From: Candidatus Poribacteria bacterium
GTDB lineage: Bacteria; Poribacteria; WGA-4E; WGA-3G
Direction of reading: 5' to 3'
NCBI GenBank assembly: GCA_003635195.1
Contig: PYIY01000004.1
Coordinates: 3,527 to 67,526, forward strand
Length of the DNA: 64,000 nucleotides
The position numbers and the translations under genes are program-made. A model generated the notes under the pieces. It searched no databases, was not told the DNA's origin, and saw only the letters and a program-made list of their open reading frames with translations. Shown in pieces: positions 36,717-47,095 of the stretch. The first letter of the stretch is position 1; each line of letters opens with the position of its first letter.

Positions 36717-36998
36717 TTAGGCGGCAGCGTCGCGAAGTTTCTTACCAGCTTTGAAAGCGGGGACGGTTTTCGCCGGAATCTCAAGCGGTGCACCAGTCTG
36801 TGGGTTGCGACCTGTGCGGGCGGGTCGTTCTTTGACTTCAAATGTTCCGAACCCGATCAGGCCGACGGAATCGCCGTTGCCCAAAGCTTCGCAAATAGTC
36901 GCAGCAAAAGCATCAACAGCGGCGTTCGCATCTCTCTTGCTGAGGCCGGTCGCATCAACGATACTGCTAACGACATCGTTCTTCGTTAATTTTGCCAT
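36717..36998 (-). CDS. hup: DNA-binding protein HU
   Basis: GFGTFEVKERPARTGRNPQTG signature. Confidence 0.96.
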   Translation of the reverse strand: MAKLTKNDVVSSIVDATGLSKRDANAAVDAFAATICEALGNGDSVGLIGFGTFEVKERPARTGRNPQTGAPLEIPAKTVPAFKAGKKLRDAAA

Positions 36999-37120
36999 GT
37001 TAAATGTTCCTCTAATTTTTGCCTGAATAAGTGAAGCTGCTTTTACCAACATGATCTGGAAACCGCGAACCCTCCGCCTCAGGCATAAAATGAATTTAAC
37101 AAAAAACTAATAGTAATTAT

Positions 37121-37149
37121 ATTATACTACACAGATATAGATATGTCAA
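37121..37149 (-). promoter_or_regulatory. Sigma70-type promoter for hup
   Basis: TTGACA-17 nt-TATAAT on the minus strand. Confidence 0.8.
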
Positions 37150-37459
37150 GAAAAAAATGTGACTAATGCTAAAAATTAGTCGAAATGATTACTGCATAGG
37201 CACTGCAATTTAGCCTACACCGCTTTATCAGAAACAGACATCTCCAACAAAGGTCGCTTGACATAACACGTCTATCTTCTTAAAATTAATACCATACGTC
37301 ATAGTATTTGTCAAGTTTTTTGTTTCAAAATAGTGAATTTTTCGTTCAAATATAGAGTCTTTACCAAAATATTTGCTTTAAGGGGCGTATTTGTGGTAAA
37401 ATTAAGTATTCAATTTTCCAAAGATTCTGCTTGAATAACAAATAAAGGAAATATCAGAA

Positions 37460-38458
37460 ATGCGTGAGAGTTATCATGTAGCGGTTGTTGGTGCGACGGG
37501 TGCTGTTGGCAACACAATGTTGCAACTTCTTGAAGAACGATCGTTTCCTATCGCTTCCCTCAAACTTCTGGCATCCCATCGCTCTGCCGGTGAGATTTTG
37601 TCCTTTAAAAATGAGCCCATAATTGTTGAGGAATTAACACACAACTCATTTGAAGATGTGGATGTGGTTTTTTCATCAGCAGGTGCGTCTGTCAGCCGCG
37701 AATTTATCCCCACAGCTGTAGACAAAGGCGCGCTTGTCATTGACAATACCAGCGCGTTCCGGATGGATGCAGCGACACCGCTGGTTGTCCCGGAAGTCAA
37801 CATTGATGCTGCCCGCGCCCACAACGGGCTTATCGCAAACCCCAATTGCTCCACTATCCAAATGATGGTAGCACTCAAACCGATTTATGATACCGCTGGC
37901 ATCAAACGGATAGTTGTTTCTACTTATCAGAGTGTTTCTGGTAAGAGTGGGCGCGCTGTCTTGGAATTGGTCCAACAAACAACTGAAGCACTTGAAGGTA
38001 AACCGATCACTTTGGATAAGTTTCCGCACCAGATGGCGTTCAATGTCGCATTTGATTGGCCTTTCTTAGATAGCGGCGATAATGAAGAAGAGGTCAAAAT
38101 GATTAACGAGACCCGGAAGATATTGGAAGACGATACGATTGGTGTTTCGGCGACAACCGTCCGAGTTCCGGTCTTCTTTGCGCATTCTGAATCAATAAAC
38201 ATTGAGACGCATGAAAAACTTACAGCAGCCGAAGCGAGAGAGTGCCTCGCTGATGCTCCCGGTGTGAAACTTGTAGACGATCCGAGCAATCAGCAGTATC
38301 CGCTTGCTGTTGACGTTGCTGGTAAAGATGAAGTCTACGTGGGTAGGATTCGTGACGATGCCTCGATAGAAAACGGTTTGAACCTCTGGGTTGTCGCGGA
38401 TAATCTCCGTAAAGGTGCTGCCTTGAACGCTCTCCAGATCGCCGAAAATCTGCTATAA
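37460..38458 (+). CDS. asd: Aspartate-semialdehyde dehydrogenase
   Basis: VVGATGAVG, IANPNCST and DNLRKGAALNA motifs. Confidence 0.97.
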   Translation: MRESYHVAVVGATGAVGNTMLQLLEERSFPIASLKLLASHRSAGEILSFKNEPIIVEELTHNSFEDVDVVFSSAGASVSREFIPTAVDKGALVIDNTSAFRMDAATPLVVPEVNIDAARAHNGLIANPNCSTIQMMVALKPIYDTAGIKRIVVSTYQSVSGKSGRAVLELVQQTTEALEGKPITLDKFPHQMAFNVAFDWPFLDSGDNEEEVKMINETRKILEDDTIGVSATTVRVPVFFAHSESINIETHEKLTAAEARECLADAPGVKLVDDPSNQQYPLAVDVAGKDEVYVGRIRDDASIENGLNLWVVADNLRKGAALNALQIAENLL

Positions 38459-38473
38459 GCCTGCGAAAGTGAT

Positions 38474-39610
38474 ATGGAACTCAACCTTGCCACGCTACCG
38501 GACTACCTTCGCCAGCGACATGCAGAAATCCGTATGTTTGAACCGGAGGCAGAGTTTCGTATAGAAGAGATTGGCGATGGTAATCTCAACAATGTTTATC
38601 GCGTCTCGGATGCGGCAAGCCCTGCGCGTTCACTTGTTTTAAAACACGCACCGCCCTATATTAAGATATTAGGTCCCGATTATCCATTGTCCATCGAACG
38701 TTTGACTTTTGAGTCTCGCGCCCTTGATGTTTACAATCGGTTAGCGAGCGGCACCGTCCCTGTGCAGTACGATTTCGATGTAGATACAGCCGTCATAGCG
38801 ATGGAGGACCTCCGAGACGCGCGCGTGCTACGTGATGTGCTGATCGCTGGCACAGTGGACACTGCAATCGCCGAACAGATTGGGCGATTTATGGGGCTTG
38901 TCCATAGTCAAACCTATGTTGATAATATCGGCAATGCAGCTGCTCGGAACTATAGACAACAATTCGCGAACACCACTATGCAAGCGATAACCGCCGATTA
39001 TGTGTTCACCTTCCCGTTTACCGAACATGAGACGAACTTCTGGACACCCGGACTGGAACCCGATGTGCAACGGTTGAAAACGGACACGGATTTTTTGCGT
39101 CAAGCGGAGCAGCTCAAGCGGATTTTCTTAAGGGCACAACAAGGTGTAACCCACGGTGACCTGCATACAGGTAGTGTTCTCGTCCAAGACAACGTAGCCA
39201 AAGTTATTGATGCCGAATTTGCTTTTTACGGTCCTGTAGGATTCGACCTCGGATTGTATTGGGCGAATTACTTCTTATCCTATTTTTCGCATCAAGACAC
39301 CTTGAGCGTACAATCAGCACTCAAGGCAGCAGTTGCGCAAGTGTGGGTTACTTATGCGACTGAATTCACAACGGTTGATGTTGGATTGAAAGTGCAGGTG
39401 TTAGAAAACATTTTCCAAGATGCTGTGGGGTTTGCAGGATTGGAAATGCTACGCCGCCTCATCGGTGCTGCACATGTCAGAGATATTGAAGGTATTGTTG
39501 ATCTCCCTCGAAAACTAAGTGTAGAGAGGGCAGCACTTCAATTTGGAACAACACTTGTCAAAAAGTACCAATCTTTACGAGATGTCACAGCGGTCATAGA
39601 AATGCTTTGA
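38474..39610 (+). CDS. mtnK: S-methyl-5-thioribose kinase
   Basis: EIGDGNLN.V, HGDLHTGS, IDAEFAFYGP.GFD and RRLIG.AHV motifs. Confidence 0.9.
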   Translation: MELNLATLPDYLRQRHAEIRMFEPEAEFRIEEIGDGNLNNVYRVSDAASPARSLVLKHAPPYIKILGPDYPLSIERLTFESRALDVYNRLASGTVPVQYDFDVDTAVIAMEDLRDARVLRDVLIAGTVDTAIAEQIGRFMGLVHSQTYVDNIGNAAARNYRQQFANTTMQAITADYVFTFPFTEHETNFWTPGLEPDVQRLKTDTDFLRQAEQLKRIFLRAQQGVTHGDLHTGSVLVQDNVAKVIDAEFAFYGPVGFDLGLYWANYFLSYFSHQDTLSVQSALKAAVAQVWVTYATEFTTVDVGLKVQVLENIFQDAVGFAGLEMLRRLIGAAHVRDIEGIVDLPRKLSVERAALQFGTTLVKKYQSLRDVTAVIEML

Positions 39611-39648
39611 TATTTAGGTGCCGCGCCACCTTTTAAAACAAAAATATT

Positions 39649-40524
39649 ATGAGAGACTACTATGAAATCCTCGGTGTTGACCGGGGTGCCACACCTGAAG
39701 AAATCAAAAAAGCCTATCGCAAACTTGCTGTGCAATACCATCCGGACAAGAATCCGGGCGACAAAGCGTCAGAAGAGCGGTTCAAAGAGGCATCGAATGC
39801 GTATTCGGTGCTTTCAGATCCCGAAAAACGACGTGTCTATGATACCCGCGGGCATGCTGGTGTTCACGGTATGGGGTTTGAAGGCTACCAAAATATGGAC
39901 GATATCTTCTCGCATATAAACTTAGACGATATTTTCGGGCGCGGCTTCGGTGGATTTGGTGGATTCGGTAGATTCGATGATGCATTCGGCGATGCGTTCG
40001 GGCAACGGCGCACGACTGCCCCTACCCGCGGGCGCGACATCCGTATGAACCTCAATATCTCTTTTGCGGATGCGGTGTTAGGGAGTAAGCAAGAGGTGAA
40101 TGTTGAAGGGAAACGTATCACCCTTACAATTCCACCGGGTATTCAGGACGGGCAAACCTTACGGATTCGAGGACACGGGGAAGCCCTCGGTATAGATGCT
40201 TCTGGCGATCTATTGGTGACAGTTGCTGTACAATCGCATCCGACGTTGACTCGTGAAGGCGCGGATTTACTAACAGATGCGACAATTTCTATGACGACGG
40301 CGGCGTTAGGGGGTTCTGTTCGGGTGCAAACGCTGACAGGCGATGTGGACCTGAAGGTTCCAGCGGGGGCGCAACCTGGACAGCAATTACGCTTGCGGGG
40401 GCAAGGCGCGGCGGATGCTTCTGGACGGAAGGGCGATTTGCGGGTGCGTTTGGTTGTGGAAATCCCGAAATCCCTGTCACGGAAGCAACGGAATCTGTTG
40501 AAAGAACTTGATAAGACCTTATGA
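39649..40524 (+). CDS. DnaJ-class chaperone (CbpA-like, no Zn finger)
   Basis: J domain with HPD, G/F-rich region and C-terminal domain; no CxxCxGxG repeats. Confidence 0.92.
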   Translation: MRDYYEILGVDRGATPEEIKKAYRKLAVQYHPDKNPGDKASEERFKEASNAYSVLSDPEKRRVYDTRGHAGVHGMGFEGYQNMDDIFSHINLDDIFGRGFGGFGGFGRFDDAFGDAFGQRRTTAPTRGRDIRMNLNISFADAVLGSKQEVNVEGKRITLTIPPGIQDGQTLRIRGHGEALGIDASGDLLVTVAVQSHPTLTREGADLLTDATISMTTAALGGSVRVQTLTGDVDLKVPAGAQPGQQLRLRGQGAADASGRKGDLRVRLVVEIPKSLSRKQRNLLKELDKTL

Positions 40525-40552
40525 TGTGAAAATTTGATGATGGAGTGCAGTG

Positions 40553-40915
40553 ATGGAACTGGAAAACTACTTTGACTTTGTTCAAGAAGATGTCATCCGA
40601 ATCAAGGGAAATCGCATCGGTATTGAGATTGTGTTGGAAGATTATCTGGAGGGCGCGAGTCCTGAAGAGATTCTGCTACGCTATCCGACTTTAAACCTTG
40701 AAAAAATCCACGCAACTATCCTCTATTACCTCGCAAAAAAGGAAGAGGTAGAGGTATATCTTGAACGGATAAGACAACTTGACGAGGAAGCATGGCAGGA
40801 ACAACTGCGGAATCCTTCGCCTTTCGTGGTTGAATTGCGGGAACGTTTTGCTAAGGTCTCCAAAGAATTATCTAAGCAGAAAGAAGCATCTATCAAAGCG
40901 GCGAATGTCCCATGA
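40553..40915 (+). CDS. DUF433 domain antitoxin-like protein
   Basis: IRIKGNRIGIE.VL..YLEG.SPEEI...YPTL motif. Confidence 0.88.
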   Translation: MELENYFDFVQEDVIRIKGNRIGIEIVLEDYLEGASPEEILLRYPTLNLEKIHATILYYLAKKEEVEVYLERIRQLDEEAWQEQLRNPSPFVVELRERFAKVSKELSKQKEASIKAANVP

Positions 40916-41271
40916 GACCCCAATTTCTCCTTGATGAAAACACCGATAGAGCAATTCAACGGCAGCTCCGGCGATTGAATTCAGAAATAGATGTGAAGTT
41001 AGTAGGAGATCCAGAAGCACCATTGCGAGGAACGTCAGATCCAGACATCTTGATGTGGATGGAACATAATGGTTATATCTTAGTCACCAAAAACCGCGAG
41101 ACAATGCCCAAGCATTTTAACGAACATCTGACTGCTGGCAGGCATGTGCCAGGGGTCCTCTGCATTCGTAAATTTGTAACAATGGGAGAGCTTATCAATA
41201 TATTGTATCTAATTTGGTATGCTTCCGATGCTGAGGAATATCGCGATAGATTGGTGTTCATCCCGCTATAA
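40912..41271 (+). CDS. DUF5615 PIN-like toxin
   Basis: FLLDEN, GTSDPDIL and ILVTKN motifs; ATGA overlap with the DUF433 gene. Confidence 0.85.
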   Translation: MRPQFLLDENTDRAIQRQLRRLNSEIDVKLVGDPEAPLRGTSDPDILMWMEHNGYILVTKNRETMPKHFNEHLTAGRHVPGVLCIRKFVTMGELINILYLIWYASDAEEYRDRLVFIPL

Positions 41272-41317
41272 TGCTCAAGCATAATTAAACTCAAAACCGA
41301 TTTTCAAAGGAGAAGTA

Positions 41318-42505
41318 ATGATCTCATTATCACAACGGAGTCAAAATGTAACGCCATCGTCCACTTTGGCGATCACCGCGAAGATTAACGCGTTGATCGC
41401 TGATGGCGTAGATGTCGTTAAATTTGGGGCAGGTGAACCCGATTTTGATACACCCGATTATATCAAAGCCGCCGCAATCGCCGCACTCGATGCCGGTTTT
41501 ACAAAGTATACCCCTGTCCCTGGCACCCCCGAACTCCGCGAGGCAATCACCGAGAAATTCAAACGGGATAACGGGTTGCGTTATCAACCCTCCGAAGTTA
41601 TCGTCTCATGCGGTGCCAAGCATACTATCTATAACATCTTACAAGCTATCTGCGACCCGGGTGACGAGGTTATCTTCGCCGCGCCGTATTGGGTGAGCTA
41701 TCCAGAGCAGATTAAACTTGCAGGTGCGGTGCCGCGCGTCATTGAGACGACACCGACACAGAATTTCTGCATGGCACCGGATCAGGTCGAAGCAGCGATA
41801 AGCGCAAAGACGAAAGCGATCCTCGTTAACAGTCCGAGCAATCCGACTGGTACTACCTACGACTTGGACACGCTGAAAGCGATCGCTGCGCTTGCCGTCA
41901 AACATCAGGTCTACCTCATCTCTGACGAGATTTATGAAGCACTGCTCTATGACGGTGCGACACATCAGAGTCCCGCTTCGTTCAATGAAGAAACAAAAGC
42001 GATTACCTTTGTCGTCAACGGTGTCTCTAAAGCTTATTCAATGACAGGGTGGCGGATTGGCTATACTGCCGGTCCTGAAGATGCAATCTCAGCGATGTCG
42101 CGTATCCAATCGCACAGCACCTCAAATCCGACATCCATCGCACAGAAAGCTGCTGTTGTCGCTCTCAATGAACCGCAAGATGCTGTTGAAGAGATGCGGA
42201 AAGCGTTTGAAGAACGCCGAGATGTTATCTGTCAACGTTTTGATGAGATCAACGGCGTGAGTTACGTCAAACCGCAGGGTGCGTTCTATATTTTTCCCGA
42301 TTTCTCTGAACATTACGGTAGGACGATTGATGGACAAAAAATCGAGGGGTCAATGGATATTACCGATTATCTGCTCAATTCTGCAGGTGTCGGTGTTGTT
42401 CCGGGTAACGGGTTCGGTGCCGATAACCATTTGCGACTCTCCTTTGCTACCTCATTGACAGAGATTAATCGCGGACTGGATCGAATTAAAAAGGCGTTGG
42501 CATAA
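41318..42505 (+). CDS. PLP-dependent aminotransferase class I (aspartate aminotransferase)
   Basis: GEPDFDTP, NSPSNPTG, SDEIY and SKAYSMTGWRIG motifs. Confidence 0.95.
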   Translation: MISLSQRSQNVTPSSTLAITAKINALIADGVDVVKFGAGEPDFDTPDYIKAAAIAALDAGFTKYTPVPGTPELREAITEKFKRDNGLRYQPSEVIVSCGAKHTIYNILQAICDPGDEVIFAAPYWVSYPEQIKLAGAVPRVIETTPTQNFCMAPDQVEAAISAKTKAILVNSPSNPTGTTYDLDTLKAIAALAVKHQVYLISDEIYEALLYDGATHQSPASFNEETKAITFVVNGVSKAYSMTGWRIGYTAGPEDAISAMSRIQSHSTSNPTSIAQKAAVVALNEPQDAVEEMRKAFEERRDVICQRFDEINGVSYVKPQGAFYIFPDFSEHYGRTIDGQKIEGSMDITDYLLNSAGVGVVPGNGFGADNHLRLSFATSLTEINRGLDRIKKALA

Positions 42506-42518
42506 CGTTCCTTTTTCT

Positions 42519-42710
42519 TGTAGGGCGGGGTACTTGTGCCCCGCCATCGTCCGAATGCACGTCGTATTTGGGCGAGTACGCCGCAAATCGCGGATTATAC
42601 GGATTACACAGATTGCGCGGATTTTAAGAGGATCTGCGTTGGTAGGAGTAATCTCCAGATCGCGACTTCTCCGCTGTAGGAGCACTCTCCAGATCGCGCC
42701 GCCCCCAACT
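42519..42710. repeat. Cluster of GTAG-footed REP-like hairpins and 9-mer repeats
   Basis: GTAGGGCGGGGTACTTGTGCCCCGCC; two GTAGGAG..TCTCCAGATCGCG copies; CGGATTA(T/C)A-type 9-mers. Confidence 0.6.
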
Positions 42711-42729
42711 CTGCAAATCAACCAATATT

Positions 42730-42758
42730 TTGACAACTTTTTTCTGATATGGTAAAAT
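42730..42758 (+). promoter_or_regulatory. Sigma70-type promoter
   Basis: TTGACA-17 nt-TAAAAT with TG extended -10. Confidence 0.7.
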
Positions 42759-42813
42759 AAAATCACCGCTTACCAAAAAACATACGATTTTTAGGTTTCA
42801 CTCTGTTAAGTCA

Positions 42814-43305
42814 ATGGAAATGATGATATTGAACGTGCGGGCAACGCTTTGGGGCATTTTCGGAATACTCTTTATCCTTTCGATCACTTTTACTGCTTTT
42901 GCACAACAGGAGCAGCAGTCTGACGCTGCCCTGTCACAATCCCAATTCATGCAGATTATTGATAGGATAGACAAATCTGAAGATAGAATGCGTAAGCATG
43001 TAGACGAGAAATTTGATGCGCTTGACAAGAAATTTGATGCGCTTGAGACAAAATTCCATGAACTTGACAAAAAGGTTGCTGTTATAAGATCGGATGTTGA
43101 TAAATTATTTACGATTATAATGGCAATAGCAGGGGCAGTCGGTTTGCATCTTTTAATTTTCGTTGGTTCACACATCTACTCTTATTGGCGCAACAAGGCC
43201 AATGTAGTCTCCAAAGTAGCCGCCGAAAGCAGAGAAGAATCTGATGAAGACATCGGACGAGGAAATTTAACCGATAATAGACCATCCGAATCCGAATTCG
43301 CATAG
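42814..43305 (+). CDS. Hypothetical membrane protein with heptad coiled coil
   Basis: Signal peptide, KFDALDK/KFDALET/KFHELDK repeats and a TM helix. Confidence 0.7.
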   Translation: MEMMILNVRATLWGIFGILFILSITFTAFAQQEQQSDAALSQSQFMQIIDRIDKSEDRMRKHVDEKFDALDKKFDALETKFHELDKKVAVIRSDVDKLFTIIMAIAGAVGLHLLIFVGSHIYSYWRNKANVVSKVAAESREESDEDIGRGNLTDNRPSESEFA

Positions 43306-43315
43306 GAATAGTCAG

Positions 43316-44110
43316 ATGAAAAAAGATAATTCCCCTAAGAACGTCGCTAAATCTGTCAAAAACTACTTTGATAAGGCTCAAAAATTATACGAACAAAAAG
43401 ATTATAGCACTGCTATATCTACGCTTGACGAGGCGATCCGTTTAGACCCTAAATATGCCCGTGCCTATAATGGCAGAGGTGCCGCAAAAAACGAAATTGG
43501 ACAACACATAGAAGCGATCTCCGACTTTGACGAAGCGATCCGTTTAGACCCCAACAATACAAAAGCGTATTATAACAGAGGTCTCGCAAAGTACAGATTA
43601 GAACAATACTTTGATGCGATCTCTGACTTTGACGAGGTTATCCGTTTAGACCCTAACCTTGCGCTCGCCTATAATGACAGAGGTCTCGCAAAATACAAAT
43701 TAGGACACCCTAAAGATGCTATCCCTGATTATGATGAAGCTATCAGGCTTGATCCGAAATTTGTAGCAGCCTATGGTAACCGTTCTGTTGCGAAAAGCGA
43801 TATAGGACAACATTTTGAAGCCATTTCCGACTTGGACATGGTCATCCGTTTAGAGCCTGAAAATAATGCCGCATACAATGATAGGGGAGCCGATAAAGCA
43901 TGTCTTGGACACTATGATGCCGCAATTGCTGATTTTGACGCGGCTATTCGCATAAATTCCGAAGAGGCAGATGTGTACTTCAACCGTGGGCTCTGTAAAA
44001 AGAAATTAGGGCGCACAGCAGACGCAAATCAAGATTTTCAGAAAGCATTGAGTTTAGCAGAGAAAGCTGGAGATGCGGAACTTATAACCAAAATTAAAAA
44101 GTATATATAA
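43316..44110 (+). CDS. Tetratricopeptide repeat protein
   Basis: About seven 34-aa repeats of AY.NRG.AK..LG...EAI.DFDEAIRLDP. Confidence 0.95.
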   Translation: MKKDNSPKNVAKSVKNYFDKAQKLYEQKDYSTAISTLDEAIRLDPKYARAYNGRGAAKNEIGQHIEAISDFDEAIRLDPNNTKAYYNRGLAKYRLEQYFDAISDFDEVIRLDPNLALAYNDRGLAKYKLGHPKDAIPDYDEAIRLDPKFVAAYGNRSVAKSDIGQHFEAISDLDMVIRLEPENNAAYNDRGADKACLGHYDAAIADFDAAIRINSEEADVYFNRGLCKKKLGRTADANQDFQKALSLAEKAGDAELITKIKKYI

Positions 44111-44164
44111 TCTGCCCCATAATTCACCTGTCTTGTGGGAGGGTCAACCCCGACAACAATATCC

Positions 44165-44790
44165 ATGAACGTCAAAAACCGAACCATCTTCTCAAACGAT
44201 AACCTACCCGTGCTGCGAGGCATAGACACCGAATCCATTGATCTGATCTATCTTGACCCGCCCTTCAATTCCAATCGCAACTACGCTGCACCCATCGGCA
44301 GCGATGCAGCAGGCGCAGCTTTCAAAGATACATGGACGCTATCGGATGTAGACAACGCATGGCACGGCGAAATAGCAGACCGCGAACCTGCTTTGTATCA
44401 GGCGATACACGCAGCCGAGCTCACACACGGCAAAGGCATGAAGTCTTATCTCATTATGATGGCGGTGCGGTTGTTAGAGATGAAGCGCGTCCTCAAAAAG
44501 ACTGGCAGCATATATTTGCACTGCGCCCCGACTGCAAGCCATTATTTGAAAGTTACTATGGACAGCATTTCGGACAGCATTTTCGGAAAAAACAACTATC
44601 GGTCTGAAATCACATGGAGGCGTGCAACATCTACACAAAAAGGATCCCAGCATCGCAGTTTACGGTGGGAAACAATGCCGATATGCTTTTGTATTATGCA
44701 GCATCTTCATCAACATCGTTATGTCCAGAAAGAGAATTAACAGAATCCGAAATCCTGAAAAAATTCAAGCACGTTGACGAGAATGGACAA
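44165..44790 (+). pseudogene. Truncated, frameshifted N6/N4 DNA methyltransferase
   Basis: DLIYLDPPFNS motif IV; frameshift near 44670 (continues as NNADMLLYY); no SAM-binding motif I before the sulfatase start. Confidence 0.8.
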
Positions 44791-44807
44791 ATGAAGGAGA
44801 TATTATC

Positions 44808-46538
44808 GTGGCACAGCAGAGTACACCCAACCTCGTTTTTGTCATTACAGATGATCAAGGGTACGGTGATTTAGGATGCACTGGAAACCCTGTTATTAAC
44901 ACCCCCAATCTGGACGCGCTCGCGAATGAGAGTGTGCAGCTGCAGAACCTGCACGTCGGTCCCACTTGTTCACCGACACGTGCAGGGATTATGACGGGAC
45001 ATTACTGCAACTCCACAGGCGTATGGCATACCATCGGCGGACGTTCGCTCCTCCGTAGTGACGAGGTCACGATGGCAGATATCTTCCGGCGCAACGGCTA
45101 TAAGACTGCTATGTTTGGTAAGTGGCACCTCGGTGATAACTATCCGTTCCGTCCACACGACAGAGGGTTTGACGAGGCACTCTACCACGGTGGTGGCGGT
45201 ATCAGTCAAACGCCTGACTATTGGGGTAACGACTATTTTGACGACACCTATTTCCGCAACGGTTCCGAGCAGCCTTTTGATGGTTACTGCACCGATGTCT
45301 GGTTTCGGGAGGCAATGGCGTTTATTGAGAGACAGGCTGAAGGTAGTCAGAACAGTCCGTTTTTCTGTTATCTTTCTACCAACGCGCCTCACGGTCCGTT
45401 CCGTGTACCTGATGCTTACGGTGAAGTCTACCGCAGGAAGGGTGTGCAAGGCGAGCGTGCGAATTTCTACGGTATGATCACCAATATTGACGACAATATG
45501 GCACGGTTGCGGCATCACCTCCGGGTCTTGGGGCTTGAGGAGAACACCCTCCTAATCTTCATGACAGATAACGGTTCCGCAATGGGATGCAATCTGGATG
45601 CGCAGCAGTTCGTCAGGGACGGTTATAATGCGGGGATGCGTGGAAAAAAAGGTTCGCCTTATGAAGGTGGGCATCGTGTGCCACTGTTCATGCATTGGCC
45701 CGGGGGCGGCTTCACGGAAAAGCAGGAGGTGCCCGAACTCACTGCTAATATTGATTTGCTCCCGACACTGATAGATCTCTGTGATCTCGAAGTCTCGTCA
45801 AATGTGAGTTTCCACGGTACAAGCATCGTTCCGTTGTTAAGAAACGAGGGGGAAACGTGGGAGGAACGGGTTATCGTTACCGACTCGCAGCGCGTTGAAA
45901 ATCCGATTAAATGGAAAGACAGTGCTACAATGTCGCAACGGTGGCGACTCATCAATGGGAAAGAACTCTACGATATCCAAGCCGACCCTGGGCAACAACA
46001 CGATATTGCGGATGCACATCGAGAGGTTGTTGCTGAACTCCGTGAGCATTATGAAGCGTGGTGGAAACTGGTTTCAAAGCGTTTTGATGAGGATTGTCCG
46101 ATTGTCGTTGGAACGCAAAGCGAGCCTGTTACGTGTATTACAACGCACGATTGGCACGGGGAGGCGCACGCATGGAATCAAGGGATGATTCGCCGCGGCA
46201 TGGAGTGCAACGGTTATTGGGCGATTGAGATACCGGAAGATGGACAGTACAGTTTTGAGCTACGTCGGTGGCCCTACGCCGAAAACAGAGCAATAACAGA
46301 TGGCATTCCGGGTGAGCATATTGATCTTTACAACGGTGGAAAGGCGTTAGGGTTAACAACAGCACAAATTCGTGTTGGGGACCAGACGGCTACACAAGCC
46401 ATTTCACCGGATGCAAAGGGCGTGACGTTTACATTCGACCTCACCGCCGGTCAGACGCGGCTTCACACTGAATTCGCGGATGAAACAGGGGAATTGGCAA
46501 TTGGGGCGTATTACGTGTATGCGAAACGGGTCATCTAA
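44808..46538 (+). CDS. Arylsulfatase
   Basis: TDDQG, CSPTR formylglycine motif and GKWHLG. Confidence 0.95.
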   Translation: MAQQSTPNLVFVITDDQGYGDLGCTGNPVINTPNLDALANESVQLQNLHVGPTCSPTRAGIMTGHYCNSTGVWHTIGGRSLLRSDEVTMADIFRRNGYKTAMFGKWHLGDNYPFRPHDRGFDEALYHGGGGISQTPDYWGNDYFDDTYFRNGSEQPFDGYCTDVWFREAMAFIERQAEGSQNSPFFCYLSTNAPHGPFRVPDAYGEVYRRKGVQGERANFYGMITNIDDNMARLRHHLRVLGLEENTLLIFMTDNGSAMGCNLDAQQFVRDGYNAGMRGKKGSPYEGGHRVPLFMHWPGGGFTEKQEVPELTANIDLLPTLIDLCDLEVSSNVSFHGTSIVPLLRNEGETWEERVIVTDSQRVENPIKWKDSATMSQRWRLINGKELYDIQADPGQQHDIADAHREVVAELREHYEAWWKLVSKRFDEDCPIVVGTQSEPVTCITTHDWHGEAHAWNQGMIRRGMECNGYWAIEIPEDGQYSFELRRWPYAENRAITDGIPGEHIDLYNGGKALGLTTAQIRVGDQTATQAISPDAKGVTFTFDLTAGQTRLHTEFADETGELAIGAYYVYAKRVI

Positions 46539-46547
46539 GATATGGCG

Positions 46548-47036
46548 TTACTGGTAAACAGGAGAGGTTGCCACGCGAGAGAATAAACGTTCTAATTCAT
46601 TCATTGACAGACCGAGAATTATTTCAAGGTCAGTTTGCGTTAACCCAAGTTGTTGGACACCGAGGCTCTCTTCAAAGTCAGTTTGCGTTAATCCAAAATC
46701 TTTGTATCCCTGAATGATGATTTTGAGATACCATCTTGAGGGAGGTTCCGAATTGTCAGACGCTTCTTTCATCCTGTAGAACATGACGTTGTCTTGATAA
46801 TATTTACCATAGTAATCAGGGTAACCTTCGTACGTATCAAGAGCGACTTCATGGTCTTCTGTAATTTCCCAGAGTCCACCGTGAACGATGCCTTCGTCCG
46901 CGGGAACAATATCGGCGTGGTAGTTAAAAACAAGGCGAAAACCCTTAAGTTCGGACTTCCTTATACGAGTGATACCGGGACACCGTTGTTGCGTTTGAGA
47001 AACATTCATATTGGATCCATACGCAAAATATTGCAT
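46548..47036 (-). CDS. Gamma-glutamylcyclotransferase family protein
   Basis: YFAYGSNM and LDTYEGYP motifs. Confidence 0.9.
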   Translation of the reverse strand: MQYFAYGSNMNVSQTQQRCPGITRIRKSELKGFRLVFNYHADIVPADEGIVHGGLWEITEDHEVALDTYEGYPDYYGKYYQDNVMFYRMKEASDNSEPPSRWYLKIIIQGYKDFGLTQTDFEESLGVQQLGLTQTDLEIILGLSMNELERLFSRVATSPVYQ

Positions 47037-47095
47037 CGGTGTCTTCCTTCTGTGAAGCGGTCCCTAAACAGCGTAAAGGGACCGCAAAATTGTTG

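Noticed and set aside
43316-44110. 102-bp periodic nucleotide repeats
   Set aside because: Fully explained by TPR protein repeats
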